This document shows positions 49,885 to 63,030 of a DNA stretch of 64,000 nucleotides, piece after piece (positions within the stretch are counted from its first letter, which is position 1; each line of letters opens with the position of its first letter). The position numbers were made by a program, and so were the translations under genes. The notes under the pieces were generated by a model, which made no database searches, was not told the DNA's origin, and saw nothing but the letters and a program-made list of their open reading frames with translations. Source of the DNA: Harriotta raleighana (lineage: Eukaryota); NCBI GenBank assembly GCA_050575255.1, contig JBNZDD010013726.1:8560302-8624301 (forward strand), given 5' to 3'.

Positions 49885-51188
49885 CTGGAATAAACAGAAC
49901 GTTTTTTTTTTGAAGATTGAAACAGTTAGTAGGCAGTCTCTTTTTCAGTATAACATTGTAATAACTTTTGCGCTTTCAGAAATTAAAAGATAGAAGAAAC
50001 TCAGTAGGTCAAGAAGCTATACTGAATATGTCCGCTTCTTCTCTGCTGCTTCGAAGGCTCCAAGGACAATTGAACTCTCAGACTTTAGCCTGCATGCAGC
50101 GTACTACAGTATATATATGCAAGCTGATGTAAAGGTAGCTTTCATGAAGTCTTCATTCCCAGTTTTCAATTACAGAGAGGAATTCAAGCACTGGGACATG
50201 CACCAGGATGTATAAAGCTCTTAAAAAGGTATGGATTGAGTGACCAGAAATCAGTCACAAATCTAGTTCACCTCCAGCTTAACCAGAAAGAAATACCAGA
50301 TAACCCCCCAAAACGACATCAATCATCAATAGTCTTAGGAATTTCACCAATTTGAGTTTCTGCAGAGAAACACAAGGCTTAAGGCCGAACTGGAGGACAT
50401 TCAGCTCTGCCTTTCAATTCTCACACACCAGAGAATGTAATGGGGCCAGCGACGTTAAGTGAGCGTTTTAATCAGAAACAGCAACTCATTAAAAGTGACG
50501 GCGATCAAGAGAGAATCCGAGTATTTGGCTGGAAACATTATCACAGGTGACACAAGAGCTTTCCTGTTTCTTGGAAGCGATTACACTTCTGTGCCAATAA
50601 GGGGCACCCCTTCCATGTAAAAGCAGATCACTGAGATGAGCCAGGAGCATTGAAGCCAACAGTAGGGGGCATCCTATCCTTGCATCTTTTATAGCCTACA
50701 CTCCAGAGGCAAGGACGTCTTGATCTGTCAATACTTGGGGGTTGCCAGAAGTATTAAAGTGACAATACTTGCAAGCGCTGTAGTTGTTATTCACAATAAG
50801 ATTGTGAATCGGTTGGAGGTGTATTGCTTTGAACAGCTAAGAAATTTTATATCTTCGGAAAATTTGATCAGTGTCCTTGTATATCAGCGGATAAAATATT
50901 CCAGCTGCAAAGGGTCAGTCAGAATATATGTCAACCAGTGTTGTTATCTGTGCCACCTCTTGCTCTTACTCCGCTCTAATGCTGTATCTATGTGGGACTT
51001 TTTGTGACAAATTGCCACTGAAGGTGTAATATAAATTGAATTTGTGGAGTGCAATTCATGCTGGAACTCTGGTGCTTAAACCCTTAAAGGTTACATGAAC
51101 CTCCTCTTAACTTCCACACAGCCGAGGAAAAAGAAAGCCAATAAAACTACAATTTCTTTCAGAGCCAGTTAAAATGGTCGGTACTTAC

Positions 51189-51289
51189 TTGACAAAATTG
51201 TCAACGTGAGTCATTGATGCTTCGTAGTTTTTGCCTCCAACCTCTTGGCAATGCAATGCAATAAAGTGAGGTTTATGTGTGTGAACAGC
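51189..51289 (-). CDS. INPP5A: INPP5A coding exon (equivalent to human exon 3), 101 nt
   Basis: Minus strand ccttctctgcag|GCTGTTCAC...TTTGTCAA|gtaagt. Translates AVHTHKPHFIALHCQEVGGKNYEASMTHVDNFV(K), matching recalled human VVHTHKPHFMALHCQEFGGKNYEASMSHVDKFVK. Ends in phase 2. Confidence 0.97.
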
Positions 51290-51464
51290 CTGCAGAGAAG
51301 GAGGGATACATTGTTAGAATACAAAAAAGACAAGCGTGAAAACTCTAAGTATATAGAACTACAGCAGTTTTGTACAACAGTTAATGTATGTTGTATTTGA
51401 AACCCAAACTGAAATAAGGTTTAAATAGACCATCAATTACAAATTGTCGAAATGTGTATAAGTG

Positions 51465-51593
51465 CGCGTTTTGCCCACAAAATACAGTCAATCCACTTTA
51501 CAATCCATTCTGTGAAGTTCTTTGAAACGTCTGAATGATGTCTCAAGGTGCTGCATGAAATGCCAGAATTATTATAATTATTACTATTATTAT
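51465..51593 (+). mobile_element. tRNA-SINE 3' fragment
   Basis: gcgttttgcccacaaaatacagtcaatccactttaca...(tta)n tail. Confidence 0.75.
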
Positions 51594-52839
51594 CAAATCA
51601 ATTCACATGATAATACATCAGAATATAATTATTCCTTCTTAAATTGGTAGCACTCCCTAACTAAACTGATTTTGTCATTATAACACAAGAGAGGACTGCT
51701 CGTACAGAAAATGGTAAGCTCTCTGTGTTTCAAACTTATTCATTTAAAACTTCTTGAGCAAAACACGTCCTTCCACTCTCCCAAGTGTACATGTGGTGGA
51801 GTAATTCATTTGTGTTTACAAAAGCACATAATATAGCCCAGTGTGTGCCATTTCAGACAATAAATAATTGGATCCATTAAAGGCCGGAGGTTGCTGAGGG
51901 TTGATTGCGGGTTTTAGGGCTCAAAGTTATAAGGAAAGTAAAAATTGCTGTAAATAGATCAGCATCGAGACATCCACACATGTTTCGCTTGTTTCGTTGT
52001 CTATGCAGAGCATTGTCTCCGAGGGAAGATTTGATGCTTTTTTGTGTTCCCCACTTCTATATGTTCTTAATCCAATTTGTCGCGCTTCTGTAAAATTAGT
52101 CAGTTTGTATCGCAAAACAGCCTGGAGTGCATAGAGGCACAATCCAGCCATTCAACGTAAAGCTAATATGATTTTTCCAGCCTTGGATTGTAGTCTGCTT
52201 TGATGCATTATGCATTACGAGGATCAGATACTTGGGTATTATGTGAGAAATGTCCCAAGCTCACACTACAGTGCTTCTTTATCGCCCACAATCTGCAATA
52301 AAGAAAATGCAAAGACCCCAGTTGGAGAATTGAGAATGGGTCTGCAATAACGCTGGAAATCGTGAGAGAAGTTAATTGAATGATATACAGTCTGGAGAAT
52401 AAAAAAAAGGTTGTTTTCAAATCAGCCTTATTGCCTTTTGGGCCTATAAGAAAGGCTCACGAGATGAAGCGTACTGAAGGAATTATAGACCTAAGAGAAT
52501 GAGCTAAAATGGTAAAGTGAAGGTACTCGTGTGAGACCCAGTGATGGTTGTGATAATAAAGAAGACACAAGATTTGTTCAATGAGTTGTTCATATCCTAA
52601 TGTAATCATTACATTACTCACAAAGGATAGTCAATGGGCCATCATTTTATTACATCAAAAAGGAATATAAATTATGGAATGACCGAGCACGACCGAGTCG
52701 TGCAAGGCTTTCTCATGAGCAAAAGAAGACAGGTATTCATTGAGTTTTACATCTATATAATAAATATGTATTTCTGATTATCGCTACTAAAAATAGAAGT
52801 ACTGTATAAACATTATATGATACTCTAGTCGGGCGAGGC

Positions 52840-53300
52840 AGCTTACACCTTCCTTCAGAGAAGGTCAACAGGTCTGTAGGAAATTGAACCTCACTATTGT
52901 ACAAATGCTGGTAGAATTTATCAAAAGATTTGAATATGTTCTTAAGGAACACCTAGAACATTAAAACTGTTCGTGCATTTCTCTTTGAAACTCAGGAGGC
53001 CCCCAAATTCCACCTTTCTTCTCACTCTGTACAACTATTTTGGTCTTAAAATTTAAAACGGTGACAACTGTTGCAAATTCATAAAAATCCGGCTTTTATT
53101 TTTAAGAGCTGTTGAAAACAAGCTTGCAAATTAAGCCTTTTTAGAGTTTTGTGAATGTACGATCTGAAGTTTTCAGAATAAATATGGTTGAAAATAGCCC
53201 CGTTTTGCTTCTGCCCCCTTCTCTGCTGATGGCAGCACTGAAACGTAAACCTCTGCTTAATCTCCAATACATGCGAGAGTCTGGATTTGAAGCAAGTTTG
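52840..53300 (-). mobile_element. Possible decayed L1/Tx1-like ORF2 remnant
   Basis: Minus-strand pieces YWRLSRGL (WRLN.SLL-like), YRVRRKVEFGGLL and IFKSFDKFYQHLYNSE...LTF...KLP (F..FY..LY.S motif) occur in the order expected for L1 ORF2. Confidence 0.4.
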
Positions 53301-54504
53301 ACCAATCTCAAGATTTCATTGCTCAACAAACAAAACTGTGGCCTGCAACTTCTCACACATTGAGTTTCTATGGAAAATTGATATACCACACATCTGCAGC
53401 AGAGGGTTTGCTTCTGCTGTTAGTACCAAAGGATACTTTGTTGGGGCAGAAGGAGCATTCAACTGAATATACAGATCCATCAAATTACACTTGTGAAGCT
53501 TTCATTTTAGTCTGAGAAAGTAGTCAATGTTAATAAATATTCTGTAACAAAAGCACAGCTCTGAGAGGTGCGAATGAGCTTGTGGCTGGGCGACTCTGTC
53601 GATTCATCAACATTGCTACCATTTCCTTAACTTGTGCTGTACCTGATCGGACAGTACTAATGTGCAATAGAGTGCACAACTGACCTTCACCTTCACAGGC
53701 TACAAATAAAATGTTTTTTTTTTAAAAATGGTAGACTTTAACAAGAAAAATCTGATGATATCAGGCCAAATCAAACAGGAATCTGAGGTGGTACATTTTT
53801 ATCCTTCCAGTACGTCACGGTGGATGGAAATGAAACAGAACTCTTCACACTTACTTGCGGTATGTAGAAATTTGAATGTTAACACAGTGTGATGTTACCC
53901 AGTCTTGATTGCAACACAAACACTTTCATAAAGCAAGAAGGCAGTACTTCAAATCGGGCAGAACCCTCTCAAATAGAAAAAGTAAGGCACACAAAGCAGA
54001 GTGAGTGCAAACTAAACAATTCCTGTTTTCAAATTTACAACGTTCACCTGTTGATGTGGAGACATCCACTTCAGGCAAAGCAAGGCCCCTGAACAGAGGC
54101 CAGGACTCCTGTCATTTTAAATCTGTGCTGAATCAAGGCCCCGGCTTTCTGGCAATTGTGTTCAGCCACTCTCAATGAAAATAAACCAATCTGTATACTG
54201 TACTTTGCACTGGGCTCGGCTCAGTATATCACAGTCTATCCTGCATTAAACTAAAAACTGAAAGAAGCAACAGAAATCAAGAAGCAGGTTTTGTAGCTTG
54301 ATGTAACTTGATGTAACGAGAGGATGGGAGGTTGGGTATTCAGGATGGATCAGATCAAATCACTGAATGGCCTCCATCTGAACCTTTTGCAATGTTATGA
54401 TTTAGCTAAATTATTTCACAGCTAAATCCATTCACGCTATACAGCAATGTAATTTGTCGATGGCTTCAGCTCTGTAAAGCCATTGAGGTGAAATGGCTAC
54501 ACCT

Positions 54505-55671
54505 AAACTCTGCCCTCCTCTCCTCCCTAAACCTCATCCTCCACATCGACTCACCGACCCATGCTCTCGACCTCATCATCACCCATGGCCTTGACATTTC
54601 CGACCTCAGCATCTCGGACAAGGCCATCTTGGACCACTTTCTCGTCCCCATCTCCTCTTGTATCCCTCTTTCCGCCACCAAGCCCCTCAACTGTACTTTT
54701 CTGCCCATGGAAATGTCTCCCCACCCCACCCCCAAGATCCTCACAGAGGCCCTCACACCTTCCGACCTCCCACCCCTCTGGTCTTCCACTCACAGCGATC
54801 ATGAAGCAGCTGTCCAGCTGCTCCAAGATCACCTGTTGACAAGACGGAGGCCATACTCTTTGGCTCTCGTCAATGTCTCCATTCACATGGCTCTCACCTC
54901 CTCCACCTGCCCGGTCTGACCTAAAACTCTCCGAACCTGTGCGCAAGCTAGGTGTCAGGTTCGACCCCCAACAGGTTCGACCGTCCTTCCTCCCTCACAT
55001 CCGGTCCCTCACCAGCACCGCCTTCTTTCACCTCAAACGGATCGCCCGTCTCCGCCAATACCTCTCCCCAAAAGCCACTGAAACCCTGGTCCACGCCTTT
55101 GTCACCTCTCGGCTGGACTATTTCAATGCCCTCCTCGCCGGTCTCCCCTCCTCCACAATCCACAGAGTCCAGCTTATCCAGAACTCTGCCGCTCGTGTTC
55201 TCACCTGCACCAAACTTCGCTGCCCCATTACCCCAGTCCTTGCCAGACTTCCCCTGCTCCCTATCCCAGAGAGGATTGATTTCAAGAACCTCACCCTTGT
55301 CTTCAAATCCCTCCACTCCTCTGCACTCCCCTGGCTCTCTGACCTCCTCTCTCCTCAAACTAGCATCTGTTGCCTTCGCTCTACCAGGTTTGGCCTCCTC
55401 CATGTCCCCCGAATCCTCTGCTCCACCCTCGGCGGCCGTGCCTTCAGCCACCACGCCCCGAGACTCTGGAATTCCCTTCCTCACTCCCTCCGCCTCGCCC
55501 TCTCTTTTTCCAGTTTCAGGTCCCAGCTGAAGATCTTTCTCATCGACCGCACCTTTGGTCACCTTTCTGCCCCTGCCCCTGGCTCGGTCCCGGGATCCGC
55601 TATTGTGAAGCGCTCTGAGATGCCGTCCAGCGTGGAGGGTGCTATATAAATCAAAGCTGTTGTTGTTGTTG
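54505..55671 (+). mobile_element. Internally deleted L2 LINE (APE endonuclease end fused to RT C-terminus)
   Basis: HIDSPTH.LDLIITHGL...LDHFLV, then DKTEAILFG and a 258-aa ORF (VRKLGVRFD...AFFHLKRIARLRQYL...LVHAFVTSRLDYFNALLAGLP...WNSLP), ending in a (ttg)n tail. Confidence 0.93.
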
Positions 55672-58542
55672 AAAATAAATACAAACCATGCCTTATTCCA
55701 CAATTGTCAGGCAGGAGTCTCAGAATATATATTCAGAAACCCGTCACCATGCTTAGGTTTGCAAACCTAACTACTGAGAGCTTTATATATATATGGTTTC
55801 AGCTTGTCTAATATGCAAGGTACTGTATTCTCTCTCTCTGGAGAACACATGCTGCTTAGGTTCTTCACAGAGATTTGTGGAGAAGGCTGACAGGAGCCAA
55901 GGCTTGCAGACACCAGTGTATGAATTAGGATACTGCAGGAGATTAACCAGCTAAAATCAGGCAGCTTGGCTTCATAAACACTGCCAAGCTTCTCGCTGCT
56001 TCTCCACGTGAGGATCTGCCTAACCTACTCTTGTTTCTATCCTCGACATTCCCCCATTCCCAGGTTGTGCTCCCGGTCAGTTTTGTGAAGCGTTTTGAGA
56101 TGTCCTCTCGACATGAAAGTTGCTGTATAAACCTGCCTGAGAGTGGCCTGACACTGTTAGAGTCGTAGTTCTCCTCAAAAGGTAACACTAGACTAGACAC
56201 AATGTGGATATCACAATTACAGGGAGATGAAGCAAAAACCTAATGCCTAGTGTTTAGCTACACTCAGTTGTTGAAAGATTTGGCTTCGATAGTTTTGAAC
56301 CAAACAAAAATAAACATCCGAACACAAATAAAAAATAATTGATTCTGTCACTGTAAGCATTTGCACAGCTCAGGGCAATTCTGAGAGTGGGAACTCTGAC
56401 ATAGAAAAAGCAAAAATGCAAAAAAAAAAAGTTCAAGTTTTAATTCAATAATAAAAGTCGTGACAGATAGTATTCTGTCGAATCATCTTAGATTTTCCTG
56501 AGGTTTGATAAAAGGTAACAGTTAGATAGGAAATTAAAAGAATTGAGTGCTCTTCTGATGAGTGAAAACATTCAATAAATGCCTAATTTGCAAAGAAAGT
56601 CCCCCAAAAATCACATACCTCTTCCCACCCCTCAAAAAAACTCACTGAATCCTGCAATCCTTAGTGTTATTGAGAGACAGTAGCACATATCGAATATTTG
56701 TACTGAGGAAGCACATCCACTTTGAACACAATGAATATTTCAGCGAGGTCTGTTTATCAGGTCTGTCATGAGAAATAATTCGTTAAGAGAACTGAAATGC
56801 AGAAAAACATGCTTGGCTTGTAATTAATGTTGGCAGATGAAATGCGTTTACTTTGCTGCTACATTTCAGAACTAATAGATCACACGTCGACAGACATGTC
56901 ATTTCAAACAAGCGTTTGCTCGATTGAAAACGCACCACAAACAACAGTCAACATTTCCATTGGAACGTTCGTCATCCTTTTACATTATTCAAACCCTGAT
57001 TAGGTCACGGATTTCTATAACCTACCTCGGTTATAATTCAAGCACGAACAATATCAAAACTCACAGAATTATCCCAGCGTGAACAAGGATATATTGATCG
57101 CGTCTGCACTGAATACTGCCTGAGAATGAAAAGAACTGCTTTGCAGAAGGAGAGCCCTGATGGGTGAATTTCTCCATTCCATAATATGAATAACAAGCAG
57201 TTTTTGTGGCATTTTGTGTTGTCGCTCTGAATCAGGCAAGTATAAAAACTGAAGCATTTACCAAAAGGCACACTTCTATAAAGTTAAATGCAGTAGGGTG
57301 AAAGATTGCTCATATCTGCTATCATCTTTAGTTATTGACTGATTAAAGCATGCGATAACTATCATATCACATTTCACATTTTTCACCCGACAGTTTTCAA
57401 TTTGAAAGTGTATTTAAAGTACTGTATATAACTTTAGCCAGAGGAAGCTTGCTAATACAGTACTACATTACAGTCCACATCAATATTTTTTATTTTAAAC
57501 CCAAATGATTAACAGGGAATAAATAAAACAAGTTTGAGCTCCCTCGAAAAGAATCTCAGAACACAGTTGCACAATTTCAGCTTGACCTCCATATGGATTA
57601 GCTTGCAGTGAGGCTTTTACTGAATACATGAAAGGTAAGAGTGAGGGATAAGGCTGCCATTTGGAGAGTGGCAGATTGAAACTTGCAGGACTCAAGGCTT
57701 TGCATTCAATATTCCAACACCAGTGCTAATCCCTGCTAGAAAGTCACCCTCAATAACATTATCGTAAACAGGTTCCAGCCCAGGAAATTGGGTATGGATA
57801 CTTGCAACAGTGTCCTCTCAGGGTTCCTTACATCTTTTTCAGGACAATATAGTGAGCCAAAGGGAGGGCAAAGGCATAATCACCAGTGTCTTCTCCATCA
57901 AGAAATTTTGCAGTGTAGGAGAATATGCAAACAGAAATAATTTTTTAAAAGCTAATAATGCTAGCAGAGACTATATGACCAAAAACACTTGGGAGTAAAC
58001 ACTTCCAAGACAAAATGGCTACTTCCAGTACAACTGCTAAACAGAATCATACCATCTGGTGTTAACCTCCCAGCATTGCTAAATTTCTCAGCTCTCCATT
58101 AAAACACTATTTCACCCCCTTTTCAATCAAGCCCGACCATCCATTAGTGACCTGTCTTGCAGCTCCTGACTTTACATCACATTTCCTCCTGGCTACCTGA
58201 CTTTACATAATCACTCTCTCCCCGCTCTCGACTTTACATAGTCGGCAGACCATCCAGTAAACAATTGGCCGAGTAATACTGCAGATCAAGCAGATGTGGA
58301 TTGAAATAGACAGAGATAGCTCACTTCAGTTCAAATTTTTCGTCTGTTGAAATCTGGTGGAGCTGGAGAGAAGGTCATTTCCTTCAGGTTAGCAAGATAA
58401 GCTAAATTGTTGTGGTCAGCACAATAACATCAAACAATTGACCTTTGAAGTTTCAACTTGTCCTCATGCTTCATAAATAAAATGTCAGATACAGCGCAAT
58501 TGCTTGTTGTGTCTATGCTATACTAATAATTGTTAGACTATA

Positions 58543-58650
58543 GTAATAATCCTTGCATTTGGTCTTATCAGGTCTTTGAGACATCTATCTCAAAGTGATT
58601 CACTGAATATACTGTAAAGTGAATTGACTGTATATTTTGTGGGTGAAAAG
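58543..58650 (-). mobile_element. tRNA-SINE 3' fragment
   Basis: taataatccttgcatttg...tactgtaaagtgaattgactgtatattttgtgggtgaaa. Confidence 0.75.
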
Positions 58651-59425
58651 AATTATACTCTAGGCTGCATAGAAGTAATGATGTTAATGTAATGATGTTA
58701 ACATTAAGTAATGTTGTCTGGAATTTAATTTTCCTTCTCCAAGCCCAGAAACCTGACAGCTAATTCTACTTTCCCTGCTACAACTTGGCCTGAGAATACA
58801 TTTCAGGCCGGCTTTCAGGCCGAAACCTATATGATTGAAATAATACAAATGAATACAAATTGACATATAGAGTTATAAAAATATTTGGTACATCAAAAGA
58901 GCTCTACATTTCAGTAGGATCAAGCAATGAACATCAATTATTTTTGCATCATTTATTCCACTTTACAGTACCATCTGGTGACAGTAACAGATGTTGGCTA
59001 GAGTTTTGGAGGCCGCCTCGTTTTGCTGACATGCAGTGTTCATTCAACGGATGCTAAAAAGCCAGGATAAACATGGTGGAACTTCATTGCAGTTCAAGGC
59101 AGAAGCCTAAAAGTTGTGTGCATGATATTTGTGATGTGATCTGTCATATGATAGGAATATTTAACATATCACTAACACTCTTATTTCAAATAATTTACAG
59201 CACTTTGAACCAGAATATTTCGATGAAGGGAACATTTTATATCGTAACAGAACATTAACTAGCAAATTGTCACTGTGTTGTGACCTACTGTGTGGAAACA
59301 AACCTATGGAACTTGGGTAAAATGTTTGATGCCAGTCATTGCAAGAACATACTCATATATTAGAAGCCACTTGATAACCGATTCAAATAGTATCAAATTG
59401 ACAAACTAAAACAAAATGGATATGC

Positions 59426-60245
59426 ACAACAACTTGCATTTATATAGTGTCCTCCATGCCGGGTGGGCATCTCAGAGCACTTCACAATGGCGGAACCCGA
59501 GGCCGAGCCAAAGGGATGTGTAAGGTGACCAGAAGTGCATTTGAAGAGAAAGGTCTTCAGGCCTGAGCTGAAGATGGGAAAGGGGGGCGGGTGAGGCAAA
59601 GGGGTTGAGGAAGGGAGTTCCAAAGTTTCAGGGTGTAGTGGCTGAAAGCATGGCCGCCAATGGTGGAGCAGAGGATTCGGGGGACAAGGATGAGGCCAGA
59701 CCCAGTAGAGCGGAGCAGCGGTTACTGCTGTGAGGAGAGAGGTTAGAGACGTAGGGAGGTGTCGAAGAGTGTGGGGATTTAAACACAAGAGTGAGGATCT
59801 TGAAGTCGGTGCACTCTGTGACAGAGAGCCAGTTTGGTTTGACAAGGACTGGGGTAATCGGAGTACGAAGTTTGATGCAGGTGAGAATGCGGGTGGCGGA
59901 GTTTGGGATGAGCTGAATTTTGTGAATGGTGGAGGAGGGCAGACCGGTGAGGAGGGCATTAGAGGAATCCAGCAAAGAGGCGACAAATGCATGGAACAGG
60001 GTTTGGGGCAGATTTTGGGGTGAGGTACTGACGAGATGGGCAATGTGTCGGAGATGGATGAAAGTGGTGTTGGTGAGAGACCAGATGTGGGGGAGGAAGG
60101 ATAACTGGGGATCGAACGTGATCCCTAAGTTGCGCACAGGTTCGAGGAGTTTTAAGGACAGGTCAGGGAGCTGAAGGAGGTCACAGAAGACGGGACAGAA
60201 GACGTTCACAGGAGCCAATGAGTATGGCTTCTGTCTCGTTGACAT
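59426..60245 (-). mobile_element. 5'-truncated L2 LINE
   Basis: EPVRNLGITFDPQLSFLPHI...LFHAFVASLLDSSNALLTGLP, homologous to 54840-55671, with frameshifts. Confidence 0.93.
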
Positions 60246-62855
60246 TTAACGACAGAAAGACGGCAGAATGGCAGAAGTATCCATCAAAGGATCTAAGAAT
60301 TACTCATATACTGAATATACACAAACACATTATCTAATCAGTTCTGAAGAAACGGGGGTTGTTGTACTGATTTCCGCCATCTGTGTCGCGAGCAGCAACA
60401 CAGAAACATCTGCCCAGGTAACAGCTCCTGCATGCGCCATTTCCATGTGTAGATGAAATCTTGCTTAGAAAATCTGTTCATTTTCTCTTCCCACCGCCCC
60501 CCCAGAATTGAATAAGTGATTATCACAGCCTTTAAAATAAAATACAGAACCCTACCAAAGGAAAAATAAATGGAACTTTTACGTAACGCTTAAAGAACTT
60601 GTAAGGATGGGTTACAGAGCAAAGTATGCAGCTATATCAAATGCAAGGATTATTATTAATATTAATTATCAAGAGTACTCCAACTAGTCAGAAGACAAAA
60701 CAGCCTACACTAATTACATTTTCCAAGCAATATTTTCATCCACCCTTAAATGAGCATTGTAGGACAATTACTAAAGGCAGTGTAAGTTATTTTGAAAATT
60801 TGGACAGGAGGAATAACTCTTATGAGGTGTAAGGACATCGAGATTGCTGTTGCATCTGGTGCATTCTCCAGTTAACAGAGCTGCAGTTAAGTATAAACAC
60901 CAGTATTATATAGAGCTATCAACCTCAGAAAAATGTTGCAAGATTCATTTATTATTTACAATTCACAGAACATGCAATATACATTGTTATGAGTGTGAGC
61001 AGCCAGTCTGCTCAAAGTGTGTTGCCTGGGACAGAAAGTGTCCATAGAGTCCTGATCCCTCATCCTTGATTTGGGGAGAAATCTGAGACTTAAATGGCAT
61101 TTCTCAGCACAGCACAATTGGCTAGAATCGCCCATCCATGGCTTTCTGTTTTCAAAGCTGTAGTCTATCCTGCAAGACATATGGTAGAACCTGGTATCCA
61201 AGTGCAAGAGGAGTTCCAGGCAGCTGGTACGAGACTAAATAATACAAAACAGTGATGAACAGCAGAAGTAGCCATTAAAGGATCTGAAAATGACTCATGG
61301 ACGGAGACTGAATACACATAGCTAAACACTATCATATTGTCAGCCTTTATAACCTATACAAATATTGTCAACCTCTGTTGTTGCGCTATACAAATGTAAT
61401 TTGGTTGTTGTTGTTATAAAGCTGCTTTCCGCTAATTTTCAAATTGTAGTTACCCTGATTGACGCCTGGATTAAACCAATAAAACAGCTAAGCCAATGCT
61501 TGGAGCCCCATGGTCTAAAACTGCTCAAAGAATTGTATTTTATTACCAAATTCCCTTGTTGCTTCCATGAATTAGGCGTAAGATAGGGCAGTATGATATT
61601 ATGGCAGGCAAGGCCACATCATTTCATTCTGAAGCAAAAACTGCTCTATTTGAAAGTTCTTATCGGATACATTGGTTAACTCATGCTGAGTGCAATAAAT
61701 GTGCAGCTGCTGAATTATTATTATTAACATAACTTTCCAGCGCATCCCACAGGCTTCTGTGCTTTGTCCAAGCCTTGAGTTTTTCTTTATTAGGATATCT
61801 TTATAGGATCTTAAAACTTTGTTCTCGCTGTACTGAACAACTGCGACAGAATGTCAAATTCTCACTTAATCGTGCCAGTCTTCACCAATTTTTAAAAGAG
61901 CAGAATTTTAAGGAATACAATATGTAACAAACTGAGAAGGATTTGTTAAATCACATAAAGGAAGGAAGGATATATACTGGGATAAAATATACCACTGTTA
62001 CATAGTGGTTGTGTAAACGAAAACAAATTGATCTCTCTCCCAAAGCTGCGTTTTTTTTACTGAAAACTTAAAGCACAATTCTAATTGACATGTCAAAAAT
62101 GTTACACAGAATAAAGCATTAATTCAAATTTGGTTGAAATTAATTTATCCCAAAATGCGTTTAATGCTTTACTGGCCATAGAAACAAAATTAATTAATTA
62201 AATTTAAATTTAACAACTCAGTGCACAACATACTCAAAATCTGCATTGAACAGACCGGTGGTGACTGCCATACTGATAGAAAATGAAATAATGCATTGAA
62301 ACTTGGTTAGTAAATTCATTAACCCCCACCAACCAAAATTAGGGGAGTTTGTGGGGGAAATGCACTGCTTTGTACTGTCAAGCAAAAGTACGACAAACGG
62401 AAAATCTGGAGAGAAGAAACAGCACAGAAAATCTCCCTACAAAATTGAGATCTGAACAAAATGCATTCAAATCCACCAGTATAAGTCCGAACTGCCAGCA
62501 TTCTTTCAAGTGAAATTTACAACGTCACATTTGCGTGCAACAAGCAGACGACAGACAGATGCGGTTCTATAACAGCTACAGCAAATGATTTTGTGCAAAA
62601 AGACACTGAACTGGTGATTAAAACTGATGAAGTAAAATCAGCCATCAAACTGGCCAATTCATATCTTTAAATGCAATTTCTAGATATAATCAACTAAGAA
62701 TTGACAACATGCGTCAACGGAAGGGTTCAACTACAGATAACATATCTCTCAATACCCTAGTTATTATGTTACTGAGTCATCGAGAAGCAATAAGTAATAA
62801 TGTGTACAGTGACTATTTGTGCAGTGCGGTGAATACAGATAAATATTATTACATA

Positions 62856-63030
62856 AAACAAAACCAGAAATCGCTGAGAACACTCAGCAGGTCAGGCAAC
62901 GTCTATTGAGAAAGAAAAGTGAGTCAACATTGACTCATTTTCCTTTCTCCATAGATGCTGCCTGACCTGCTGAGTGTTCCCAGCGATTTCTGTTTTTGTT
63001 TCAGACTTCCGACATCTGCAGTATTTTGCA
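62856..63030. repeat. Palindromic repeat element, 72-bp arms
   Basis: 62856-62927 and 62930-63001 are reverse complements with about 7 mismatches by eye, followed by cagacttccgacatctgcagtattttgc. Matches a repeat I recall as abundant in sharks and rays (gatgctgcctgacctgctgag core). Confidence 0.85.

Noticed and set aside
52895-52950. Candidate INPP5A exon 2 (FYQ motif)
   Set aside because: It reads DKFYQHLY with no donor after Q and no PENLQKNWLRE-like sequence upstream. I did not find exon 2 in the window; it probably lies beyond 64000.
54873-55649. 258-aa ORF and overlapping 131-251-aa ORFs as a host gene
   Set aside because: This is the L2 ORF2 C-terminus; the overlapping ORFs are alternative frames of GC-rich LINE sequence.
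56550-56575. CTGATGAG...GAAA hammerhead-like core
   Set aside because: Only one base separates the motifs (no stem II), and I found no flanking helices.
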